Assembly (NCBI GenBank): GCA_963761335.1
Contig: CAVXGR010000012.1
Coordinates: 384,001-448,000 of the forward strand
From: an uncultured delta proteobacterium
GTDB lineage: Bacteria; Desulfobacterota; Binatia; HRBIN30; BPIQ01
Reading direction: 5' to 3'
DNA: 64,000 nucleotides
In this document: positions 8,748-17,038 of the stretch, piece by piece
How the letters are laid out: the number at the start of each line of letters is the position of its first letter
Position numbering within the stretch: position 1 is the first letter of the stretch
The notes under the pieces: model-generated
Database searches by the model: none
Told to the model about the DNA's origin: nothing
Seen by the model: only the letters and a program-made list of their open reading frames with translations
Position numbers and translations under genes: made by a program

Positions 8748-9854
8748 ATGGCGAGGCGCGCGGCAGGTAAGGGCTCGGTCACCGGGAAGGGTTCCGTCAG
8801 AGCAAAGGCCGGTGCCGTCCCCAAGGCTCCGAGGACACGACCGGCCGCCGGCGCCGGCAAGCGGGCCCGGCGGCAAACGCCTGCAGCCCCCTCCACCCGT
8901 CGGGTCCTGGTACAGACGCTGCTGGAGGCCTGCGCCCTGGGCATGGCGGCCCTGGTGGCGGTCATCGCCGCCCTCGGCCTGGCGGCGGCTCGCTTCACCG
9001 GCAGCGGCCTCTGGTCGAGCCTGCTGCCGTTTGCCGCGGCCGTGCTGCTCCTCGGCGTGCTCATCGGCGGCTCGCTGTGGGCATGGATGGCGGCGCGCCG
9101 GTGGCTCGCGGCGCGCTTTGCCCTGCTGCCGCTCATTGCCGCGGTAATCCTCGCGGTGGTCGCCTGCTGGTTCGCCAGCCGACCGGGCTTCGAGCTCGAC
9201 GTGCAGAGCCTTCGCGTCCTGGTGGGCGGCCGCACCGAAGCCGAGCGACGGGCAGTCTCGCACCAGGTATACGCGGCGTACCGGCGGGCCGACCCGGTAG
9301 CGCTTCGCCGGCTCTACGAGCGCGCCAGCGTCTTCGAGCCCGGGGTGCGCGAGGCAGCCCGGGCTTTCGACGTGGATCCCGAGATCCTCATGGGCATCGG
9401 CGCCGTCGAGTCCGGCTTCGAGCCCCGCGACAGCGCCGACGGGGGTCGCGGGCTCTTCCAGGTCACCGCGCCGCCGGCGGCGGCATTGGCGGCGGCGCGG
9501 GCGCGTCTCGGGGGGGCAAGCCTCGATCTCCACGACTATCGCCACAACGCCTACGTCGCCGCGGCAACCCTGCGCCGCTACCTCGACGACATGAACGGCG
9601 ACCTGTTTCTCGGATTGCTCGCCTACAATATCGGCCCGGACAACGGCGGTCTGCTGTCGATCATGCGCCAGTACGGCGCCACCGACTTCGTCACCATTCA
9701 GCCGTATCTGCAGCATCTGCCGCGCGACTATCCGATCCGCGTGCTGGCGGCGGCGCTCGCCTACCGCCTCTGGCGAACACAGGGACGGCTGCCGCGCTAC
9801 GAGGACGGCGACAACGCCGCCTTCATCCAGCGCCTGGGCATTCCCGGCGACTAG
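8748..9854 (+). CDS. Membrane-anchored SLT-type lytic transglycosylase
   Basis: Basic N-terminus, about 3 TM helices, then GIGAVESGF (catalytic Glu), GRGLFQV and LAYNIG motifs. Confidence 0.8.
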   Translation: MARRAAGKGSVTGKGSVRAKAGAVPKAPRTRPAAGAGKRARRQTPAAPSTRRVLVQTLLEACALGMAALVAVIAALGLAAARFTGSGLWSSLLPFAAAVLLLGVLIGGSLWAWMAARRWLAARFALLPLIAAVILAVVACWFASRPGFELDVQSLRVLVGGRTEAERRAVSHQVYAAYRRADPVALRRLYERASVFEPGVREAARAFDVDPEILMGIGAVESGFEPRDSADGGRGLFQVTAPPAAALAAARARLGGASLDLHDYRHNAYVAAATLRRYLDDMNGDLFLGLLAYNIGPDNGGLLSIMRQYGATDFVTIQPYLQHLPRDYPIRVLAAALAYRLWRTQGRLPRYEDGDNAAFIQRLGIPGD

Positions 9855-9872
9855 CGTCTCGGCGCTTCTACT

Positions 9873-10994
9873 TCAGCCGTTCGGCAGCGCGCCGCGCGTG
9901 ATCCAGGCGCGAATGCGATCGATCATCTCGGCGGGCAGAGGATTGAGCTCGCCCTGGGGCATCCGGGCGCCCAGGCCCGAGTCCGGGGCGGGCCCCAGGA
10001 GCTTGATGATGATGAAGCTGTTGTCGGGGTTGCCGGGATCGACGCGCAGCAGTCCCTGCTGGCGGGCCACCAGGTTGTCCGGCTGAACGCCGACGAGCTG
10101 GTCGTGAGAGCTCCCCTGCTGCAATGAGAGATTCCCGGAGAAGCGCGCATCTGCATCGGTGTGACAGAAGGGAATGGCACAGTGCACGTCGAAGATGTCG
10201 CGCTGGATTTCCGGGAGGGTCGATCCGGGCACCAGGGTTGGCGTCGGAGTACCTGTCGGTGTTCCCGTCATCGTCGGCGTCGGCGTGACCGTGCTGGTCG
10301 GCGTGATCGTCGGGGTGCGCGTCACCGTCGGCGTCTGCGAGGGTGTCGCCGTCGCCGGCCGGGTGCCGGTGATCGTCGGCTCCGGGGTCGTCGGCGTCGG
10401 GCTCGGCACGGTTGCCGTGGCCGACGGCGTCGGCGGCACGGCCGTCGGCGTGGCGCTCAGCTCCGGCGAAGGCGTCAGAGTCGCGGTCGGTGCCGGCACC
10501 GTCTCGGTCGGCGTCCCCGTCGGCAGCTCGGTCGGCGAGGGCGGTGCCGGCGTCGCCGTCGGCGCCGAGCCGGCCGGCGCCCCGGCGATGATCCAATCGC
10601 GAACCAGCTGCAGCTGAGCGCTCGACAGCGGCGCGGCGCCGAGCGGCATGCGCGATCCCTCGCCCGGAGCGGGCTCGGTCAGCTTGATGAGCAGGAAGCT
10701 GGTGTCGGGCCCGGAAGGAACGACGCGATTCAGCCCGGCGGCGCGCGCCACCTCGTTGTTGGCGAGGACCCCGACGAGATCGCCATACGACGACCCCTCG
10801 GCAAGATTCAGGTCTCCCTGACGCGACTGGCTGTTGTGGCAGGGACCGGTGATGCAGCTGACGTTGAAGACCTCGCGCTGCACGCGGTCGAACTGCGAGG
10901 TCGCCGCACCGCCGCCGACGCCGTCACCGGCACAGCCGCTCAGGAAGACAGCGCAGGGCATGGCCGCCGCCAGCAGCCAGCATCTCGAGCTCAT
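9873..10994 (-). CDS. Lipoprotein with two cytochrome-c-like CX4CH domains joined by a Pro/Thr linker
   Basis: Lipobox FLSGC; CITGPCH...SRMPLG...WIIAGA and CAIPFCH...ARMPQG...WITRGA. Confidence 0.75.
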   Translation of the reverse strand: MSSRCWLLAAAMPCAVFLSGCAGDGVGGGAATSQFDRVQREVFNVSCITGPCHNSQSRQGDLNLAEGSSYGDLVGVLANNEVARAAGLNRVVPSGPDTSFLLIKLTEPAPGEGSRMPLGAAPLSSAQLQLVRDWIIAGAPAGSAPTATPAPPSPTELPTGTPTETVPAPTATLTPSPELSATPTAVPPTPSATATVPSPTPTTPEPTITGTRPATATPSQTPTVTRTPTITPTSTVTPTPTMTGTPTGTPTPTLVPGSTLPEIQRDIFDVHCAIPFCHTDADARFSGNLSLQQGSSHDQLVGVQPDNLVARQQGLLRVDPGNPDNSFIIIKLLGPAPDSGLGARMPQGELNPLPAEMIDRIRAWITRGALPNG

Positions 10995-11017
10995 CGAGTC
11001 GGTGCGGAACAGAAGGA

Positions 11018-11380
11018 TCAGTCGGAGTGCGCCTCGCCGACGACGATGCTGCTCATGCCGTTCTTCACGTATTTCTGCCCGGAGATCTCGGCATTCGAGC
11101 CGGCGAGCTTCAGGGCATCCTCGTACGGCTTCTTGTTGGCGTGGTCGTCGATCAGCAGATAGAGATCGCCGCTGTCGGTGAGCAGGCCCATGGGCACGCC
11201 CCCCTTGGCGCACATCTGGGCGCAGCTGCGATGCTCTGCCCCTCTCTTGCCCTTGGCCAGATAGCAGGCGAGATCGACCACCTCGCCCTTCACGGTGACC
11301 GCCTCCTGGGCCAGAGAAACGCCCGCCGTCGCCAGCGACAAGGCGGCGACGGTCGCGCAAGCAAGGAGCATTCTCCGCAT
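11018..11380 (-). CDS. Small secreted Cys/His-containing hypothetical protein
   Basis: Signal peptide ending SLA; GEVVDLACY...HRSCAQMCAKGGVPMG; purine-rich RBS. Confidence 0.8.
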   Translation of the reverse strand: MRRMLLACATVAALSLATAGVSLAQEAVTVKGEVVDLACYLAKGKRGAEHRSCAQMCAKGGVPMGLLTDSGDLYLLIDDHANKKPYEDALKLAGSNAEISGQKYVKNGMSSIVVGEAHSD

Positions 11381-11409
11381 ACGTATTCCCTTTCCAACCG
11401 GCCCGCCTC

Positions 11410-11437
11410 AAACTACACTCGCACCCGAGGTTGTCAA
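11410..11437 (-). promoter_or_regulatory. Putative sigma70 promoter TTGACA-N16-TAGTTT for the 11380/10994 operon
   Basis: Perfect -35 and a TANNNT -10 about 30 nt upstream of the ATG at 11380. Confidence 0.5.
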
Positions 11438-11533
11438 TTCCGGGGTCGGAGCGGGGGACCCGATTTGCGCCCAAAGGGACTCCCGGCGAGGCCGACCTGT
11501 TCATCCCGAGGGTTGTCTGGTCATCAGGTGACG

Positions 11534-12769
11534 ATGGAGCCACGCGCGCTCGATACCGAGCTGTTGAGTCCCCCGAACCGACCGAACGGGCGCGGCGGCG
11601 TTGGGGGCGACGGCGCTCTCGGGCATACTCCCGGGCTGGTCGCCGCGGCGCGGCCGGACGCGATGGGTCGGAGAGACAGCTACACCTGGCGGGAGCAGGC
11701 GATCTTCGTCTACGGCATCGGGCTGGCGCTCGGGCTGCACCTGGCGCTGATCCACGTCTTCATCTTCCGCTCCTGGAAGCCGGTTCCGATCACCATGACG
11801 GCCACCTTCCTGTTCTGCAGCGCCGTCCTCGGTCTCTGGCAATGGGTCTTCCCCCGCATCAGCCACTGGCCCGCCTCCAGGCGACTGTCGATGCAGTTTC
11901 TGGTGGCCATCGGCATTTTCGCCGTTCTCTCCGTCGCCTTCACCGAGGCCAACGCCATGGTGACCGGATCCCGCTCGCTGTTCGCCCCGTACACGGGCGG
12001 CGACCGGGTGGTGACCATACCGGCGCACATGATCCGCTGGGCGGCGCTGGTCTACACGGTGATCCCGATCGTACCGACGGCACTGATGTGCGTGCTCGGC
12101 TTCAACCAGCACTGGTGGCGCATCTTCGTTCTCGAAGGCCGCCAGCGAGAGCTGCGCGACCTCGCCGTCTCGGCGCAGCTCTCGGCGCTGCGCGCCCAGG
12201 TGAACCCGCACTTCTTCTTCAACTCCCTCAACTCGATCGCGCAGCTGATCTCCTCCGATCCGCACAAGGCCGAACGCTGCGTCGAGCGCCTCGCCGAGAT
12301 CTATCGCTACATCCTCAGCCGCTCGCAGGCGGAGTTCGTCTCCCTGGCCGAGGAGCTCGAGGTCGCCGAGGCCTACCTCGAGATCGAGAAGGCCCGCTTC
12401 GGGCACAACCTCAACGTCGAGGAGGAGATCGACGAGCGCGCCCGCGGCGTGCGCCTGCCGGGGCTCATCCTGCAGCCCCTCGTCGAGAACGCCGTGAAGC
12501 ACGGCATCTCCCGCAAGATCGGCGGCGGCACCGTCTCCATCGCCGCCGGCATCGAGGACGGTCACCTGCGCCTGACGGTGCGCGACACCGGCGACGGCAT
12601 CGTCGAGCGGGAGCGCGTCTTCGAGCGCGGCATCGGCCTGCGCAGCGTGCACGATCGGCTGCTGAAGCTCTACGGACCCGACTACGTGCCGCTCCTGGAG
12701 AGCACCCCGGGCGGTGGGACCTCGGTCACCCTGCGGATCCCGGTGCCCACCGAGAAGCTCGCGGCATGA
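11534..12769 (+). CDS. LytS/YehU-family sensor histidine kinase
   Basis: Several TM helices, LRAQVNPHFFFNSLNSI, LQPLVENAVKHG, GIGLRSV. Start could alternatively be ATG 11663. Confidence 0.9.
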   Translation: MEPRALDTELLSPPNRPNGRGGVGGDGALGHTPGLVAAARPDAMGRRDSYTWREQAIFVYGIGLALGLHLALIHVFIFRSWKPVPITMTATFLFCSAVLGLWQWVFPRISHWPASRRLSMQFLVAIGIFAVLSVAFTEANAMVTGSRSLFAPYTGGDRVVTIPAHMIRWAALVYTVIPIVPTALMCVLGFNQHWWRIFVLEGRQRELRDLAVSAQLSALRAQVNPHFFFNSLNSIAQLISSDPHKAERCVERLAEIYRYILSRSQAEFVSLAEELEVAEAYLEIEKARFGHNLNVEEEIDERARGVRLPGLILQPLVENAVKHGISRKIGGGTVSIAAGIEDGHLRLTVRDTGDGIVERERVFERGIGLRSVHDRLLKLYGPDYVPLLESTPGGGTSVTLRIPVPTEKLAA

Positions 12770-13518
12770 TCCGCGCCCTGATCGCCGACGACGAGAAGCT
12801 GGCCCGCGAGCGGCTGGCCGGGTTCCTCCAGCACATGGACGACGTCAGCGTCGTGGGCGAGGCCTGCGACGGCCTCGAGACCGTGCGACTGATCGAGGAG
12901 ACGGCGCCCGACCTCGTCTTTCTCGACGTGCAGATGCCCGGCCTGGACGGCTTCGGCGTGCTGCGCTCGCTCGCCAGCACGCCGCGGGTCATCTTCGCCA
13001 CCGCCTTCGACGAGTACGCCATCAAGGCCTTCGAAGTGGAGGCGGTGGATTACCTGCTCAAGCCCTTCTCCCGGGCGCGCATCACCGAAGCCGTGCGCCG
13101 CGTGAGGGCCGACCTGAGTGCCCGCGCCCCAGCTCCCGAGTTTCGCGAGCTGCTCGAGCGCCTCAGCGCCCGCGAGCGGCGTTTCCTGCAGCAGGTGCCC
13201 GTGCATCGCGGCAAGCAGATCCTCATCCTGCCGGCGCCGGACATTCTCTGGTTCGAGGTCGAGTTCCGCCTCGTCTACGCCCATGTCGACAGCGACCGCT
13301 ACATGACCAACTTCACCCTGAAGCAGCTCGAGGAGCGGCTCGATCCAGAGCTGTTCTTCCGCGCCCACAAGTCGCGCCTGGTGAACCTCCAAAAGATCCG
13401 GGCGGTCTCGCCCTGGTTCGGGGGGCGCTACAAGCTGGTGATGGCGGATCGGCAGGGCAGCCAGGTGGAGCTGAGCCGCACGCAGGCGCGCATTCTGCGC
13501 GGCCGGCTCAACTGGTGA
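12766..13518 (+). CDS. LytTR-family response regulator
   Basis: IADDEKLAR, FLDVQMP, TAFDEYAIKAF, DYLLKP, FFRAHKSRLVN; ATGA overlap with the kinase stop. Confidence 0.93.
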   Translation: MIRALIADDEKLARERLAGFLQHMDDVSVVGEACDGLETVRLIEETAPDLVFLDVQMPGLDGFGVLRSLASTPRVIFATAFDEYAIKAFEVEAVDYLLKPFSRARITEAVRRVRADLSARAPAPEFRELLERLSARERRFLQQVPVHRGKQILILPAPDILWFEVEFRLVYAHVDSDRYMTNFTLKQLEERLDPELFFRAHKSRLVNLQKIRAVSPWFGGRYKLVMADRQGSQVELSRTQARILRGRLNW

Positions 13519-13531
13519 GCCGGCGCGGCGA

Positions 13532-14410
13532 TCAGGCCGACTCGTCGCGCAGGTGACCGGGACGAAAGATCACCTTTCTGTCCTTCACCACCAGCTGCTC
13601 GTTGAGGAAGAGCTGCACCGCCTGCGACAACACCTTGCTCTCCAGCTGCTTGCCGCGCGCCTTCACCGTGTCGAGGGTGTCCTCGCCGACGCGGATGTGG
13701 AAGACGTCCTGGAGGATTACCGGACCCTGATCGAGCTGCTCGGTGACGAAGTGGGCGGTGCACCCCGACACCCGCACTCCCTCCTCGAAGGCCTGTTTGT
13801 AGGCGTTGGCACCGGGGTGATACGGCAGCAGCGAGGGGTGAATGTTGATGATGCGGTTGGGGTAGCGCACCACGAAGGTCGGGGTGAGAATCTGCATGTA
13901 GCGCGCCAGCACCACCAGATCGACCTGCGCCTCGCGGAGCTTCTCGAGGACGAAGCTCTCGTGCGCCGCCTTGTCGATGGCCGGCGACCACTCGAAGCGC
14001 AGGCCATGGCTCTCCGCCAGCTCCCGCAGAGCCTCGTGGTTGGAGAGGACGATGGCGAAGTCGCCGTTGATGAGGCCGGCGTCGCGATCGGCGATCAGCG
14101 TCTCCAGGCAGTGCGCCTCCTTGGTGACCAGAATGCCGACGCGCTTGCGGGTGTGCTCGCCGTGCAGGCGAATGGTCACCTCCATGTGAATCTCGTCGCC
14201 GATCCCCTTCAGGCCGAGAATGAGCTCGTCCAGGGTGATCGCCAGCTCCGAGAGATCCACGACCATGGTCATGATGAACAGACCCTCGACGACCCGCTGC
14301 TCGATGTCCTCGATATTGATGCTGCAGCCCGCCAGGTAGGTCGAGATGCGGGCGACGACCCCCTTCTGGTCGCGTCCGATGACGGAGATCACCGCGCGGT
14401 TTCGTGTCAT
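13532..14410 (-). CDS. purU: Formyltetrahydrofolate deformylase
   Basis: N-terminal ACT domain (GRDQKGVVA), VVLARYMQILTP, IINIHPSLLP, GCTAHFVTEQLDQGPVI. Confidence 0.88.
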   Translation of the reverse strand: MTRNRAVISVIGRDQKGVVARISTYLAGCSINIEDIEQRVVEGLFIMTMVVDLSELAITLDELILGLKGIGDEIHMEVTIRLHGEHTRKRVGILVTKEAHCLETLIADRDAGLINGDFAIVLSNHEALRELAESHGLRFEWSPAIDKAAHESFVLEKLREAQVDLVVLARYMQILTPTFVVRYPNRIINIHPSLLPYHPGANAYKQAFEEGVRVSGCTAHFVTEQLDQGPVILQDVFHIRVGEDTLDTVKARGKQLESKVLSQAVQLFLNEQLVVKDRKVIFRPGHLRDESA

Positions 14411-14509
14411 GGCGACCGGCTCCAAACCAGCGCCATACCATACGGTCTCCCCCCTGCGGGGTCAAATTCCCGTTTCGACTTTCGCCGCCGATTCTGCTTC
14501 TCTCGGGCG

Positions 14510-15055
14510 ATGGAGGCAGCGGCGCAGTGGAACGTTTTGGTCACCGCCCAGGAGGGTTTCGGCGGCGATCTGCGGCGCGCCTTGCGGCCGTTTGGGCATT
14601 TCTGGTGGAGTCGCTATCGCAACGTCGTTCTCGGCCGGGTCGAGGCCCTCGATCCTTTTCTGGCAAGCCTCACGCAGATGTTGGAAGAGAAGCCGTCGCG
14701 CCAGGCGTGGCTGGGCCGGGTGTTGCCGATCGATGCCACCTTCCCGGTGACTCATGACGACTTCCTGGCCGAGGCGGAGCGGCAGATCGAGCCCCGCCTC
14801 GACGAGATCGTGCCCGACTCCTTTCACGTGCGCGTCGAGCGCCGTGGACACCGCGGCGCCCTGCGCACCGATCAGCTGGAGCGCGAGATCGGCGACTTCG
14901 TGGTTGCGGCGCTGCGGCAGCGCGGGCGCGCGCCGCGGGTGCGCTTCGACGACGCCGGGACGGTGATCGCGCTGGAGATCGTCGGCGCCACCGCCGGGCT
15001 GGCGCTCATCGGGCGCGAGCTGCGGCGCCGCTACTCCGTCATCAAGATCGACTGA
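14510..15055 (+). CDS. Stand-alone THUMP-domain RNA-binding protein
   Basis: SFHVRVERRGH...LEREIG...VRFDDAGTVIALEIVG resembles the THUMP fold; no catalytic domain attached. Confidence 0.65.
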   Translation: MEAAAQWNVLVTAQEGFGGDLRRALRPFGHFWWSRYRNVVLGRVEALDPFLASLTQMLEEKPSRQAWLGRVLPIDATFPVTHDDFLAEAERQIEPRLDEIVPDSFHVRVERRGHRGALRTDQLEREIGDFVVAALRQRGRAPRVRFDDAGTVIALEIVGATAGLALIGRELRRRYSVIKID

Positions 15056-15065
15056 AGCGGCCGGC

Positions 15066-16475
15066 TCAGCCGGAGGGAATTCTCAGCACCTGGCCGGCGC
15101 GCACCACAGAGCCGCGCAGGCCGTTCGTGGCTTTGATGGCATGCACCGTGGTGCCGTAGCGCGCGGCGAGATGGCTGAGCGTCTGGCCGCGGCGAACCTT
15201 GTGCATCACGTACTGCCGCCGCTGCCGCTCGAACTTTTCCGCCGCGGCGATGCGCGCGTAGCGGCGCTCCACCTGCGCCGCTATCCCCCGCGGCACGCGC
15301 AGGGGATAGTTGCGCGGGATGCGCAGCTTGCCGGCACACACCTTGGCGGTCAGGGCGGGGTTCAGATCGATGAGCTCTTCGGGGCTGAGGTCCGCCGCCT
15401 TCGCGGCGACCCGCAGCGGCACGTAGTGGGGAAACTGCACCCAGTCAGTCGGCTTCGGCCGCGCCACCGGCATCGATCCGAAATGCTCGCGATAGCGGGC
15501 GTCCACCTCGACCGCCGCGATTAGCTCGGCGTAGAAGTTCCGCGAGGCGAAGCCGAAGGCCCGGCCGCGATAGCGCCGCACAATGGCGCCGATGTCGGTG
15601 GTGCCGAGCTCGTCGACTGCCCGCGCCATCCCCTGCGGGCCGTGGTTGTAGCCGGTGATCGCCAGAGGCCACGTGCCCAGGTTCTCGTAGGCGCGGCGCA
15701 GGAAGCGCGCTGCCGCGCGCCCGGCAATCACCGGATCGCGGCGCTCGTCGACGGCATCGCCAACCTGCATGAAGAGTCGCCCGGTCGCGGGCATGAACTG
15801 CCAGACGCCGGCGGCGCCCATCTTCGAGTAGGCATTCACGTTGAAGCACGACTCGACCAGGGCGAGACGGGTGAGCGCCAGCGGCACGCCCTCGTCGCGG
15901 AAGGCCGCTTCGATCTCCGGCAGGTAGCGCCGCGAGGTGGCGATGCCGGCGGCGAAGCGCTCTCGCAGTCCGCGCTGCGCCCGGATGCGGTCGCCGGCGT
16001 CGACGAGCTCGCCGCGATGCTCCGCCGGGAACAGCGCGGCGATCGTCTGCTCCATCGGCGAGAGATGCCCGGGGTCGGCGTCGCCGCTGTAGAGCCGTCG
16101 CATGGCGCCGCGGATCTCCTCCTTGCGATCGGTGATCGTCTGCTCGCGCACCGCGGCGATCTCGGCATCGCTCATGCCGCTGTTGCGCAGATCGCGAAAA
16201 TCGAGGACGCTGTAGATCCGCCGTAGGTCCTCGGTGTCGTGCAACACGACCTGGTCCTCCGAGTAGGTCGCGAATACGCTCTTCCAGAAATCGACCTGCG
16301 GGCGCACCGACTCGGGCACCGGCAGAAGCGGGCCGCCGACTTGGCTGAGGATGGTATCGGCCTGCTGAGCCGCCGCCGGCGTGCCTGCCAGGAGCACCAA
16401 GGCCAGCAGACCGAGCCCTGCCGCGACGCCTTTCCGGGCTTTCGCGCTACGCATTCTCTGTTTGCCTACCACCAC
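15066..16475 (-). CDS. MltD-like lytic murein transglycosylase with LysM
   Basis: LALVESCFN, GAAGVWQFMP, AITGYNHG, C-terminal LysM HKVRRGQTLSHLAARYG...LRIP. Confidence 0.9.
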   Translation of the reverse strand: MVVGKQRMRSAKARKGVAAGLGLLALVLLAGTPAAAQQADTILSQVGGPLLPVPESVRPQVDFWKSVFATYSEDQVVLHDTEDLRRIYSVLDFRDLRNSGMSDAEIAAVREQTITDRKEEIRGAMRRLYSGDADPGHLSPMEQTIAALFPAEHRGELVDAGDRIRAQRGLRERFAAGIATSRRYLPEIEAAFRDEGVPLALTRLALVESCFNVNAYSKMGAAGVWQFMPATGRLFMQVGDAVDERRDPVIAGRAAARFLRRAYENLGTWPLAITGYNHGPQGMARAVDELGTTDIGAIVRRYRGRAFGFASRNFYAELIAAVEVDARYREHFGSMPVARPKPTDWVQFPHYVPLRVAAKAADLSPEELIDLNPALTAKVCAGKLRIPRNYPLRVPRGIAAQVERRYARIAAAEKFERQRRQYVMHKVRRGQTLSHLAARYGTTVHAIKATNGLRGSVVRAGQVLRIPSG

Positions 16476-16508
16476 TTGCCGCCCCCACCTCAGGACAGGT
16501 TGGCAGAG

Positions 16509-16536
16509 ATCGTAGCCCAGCCGCGGCGGCTGTCAA
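16509..16536 (-). promoter_or_regulatory. Putative sigma70 promoter TTGACA-N16-TACGAT
   Basis: Directly upstream of the MltD-like gene start. Confidence 0.5.
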
Positions 16537-16579
16537 CGGGATTCTTTGGCGCCCGGCCTCGTTCCACCGGCGCCGGAGA

Positions 16580-16969
16580 TCAGCTGCTCAGCACCTGGCG
16601 AACCGCGGCCAGGATCTGATCCCCCCAGAGCGGCTTGGTGACGTAGGCATCGGCGCCCAGGCGGCGCACGAACTCGACGGTGTCTTCCTCGCTGCGACCG
16701 CTGACGACGACGATCTTGGGGCGCGCGGGCGGCGTCTGCGGGTCCGAGAAGGCCCGGCGCCGCAGGCTGCGAATCACCTCCCAGCCGTTCACGCCCGGCA
16801 TCTGCAGGTCGAGCACGATGACGTCGACGCGGTTGCTCGCCATCAGGTCGGGAACATCGCAGCCGTCGGCCGTGGTCAGTACGGAGAAGCCGCCGCGCTT
16901 CAGGGTTCGTCCCAGTAGGCTGAGGAACTTGGCGTCGTCATCGACGACCAGCACGGTGGGAGCTCTCAT
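16580..16969 (-). CDS. Single-domain response regulator (REC)
   Basis: VLVVDDD, VLDLQMPGVNG, VVVSG, YVTKP. Confidence 0.88.
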   Translation of the reverse strand: MRAPTVLVVDDDAKFLSLLGRTLKRGGFSVLTTADGCDVPDLMASNRVDVIVLDLQMPGVNGWEVIRSLRRRAFSDPQTPPARPKIVVVSGRSEEDTVEFVRRLGADAYVTKPLWGDQILAAVRQVLSS

Positions 16970-17038
16970 TCTCGGATTCGTCCTTCCGGTCACCGGGGGG
17001 GAATGGGCCGTCGATCGCGGTCCAGCGTGCCGTTCTGT

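Noticed and set aside
10174..10617. VGV-rich plus-strand ORF
   Set aside because: Antisense shadow of the PT linker in the CX4CH lipoprotein.
10995..11543. N-terminal extension of the 556-aa ORF
   Set aside because: Out-of-frame overlap with the real 11018-11380 gene; the lipoprotein signal begins at 10994.
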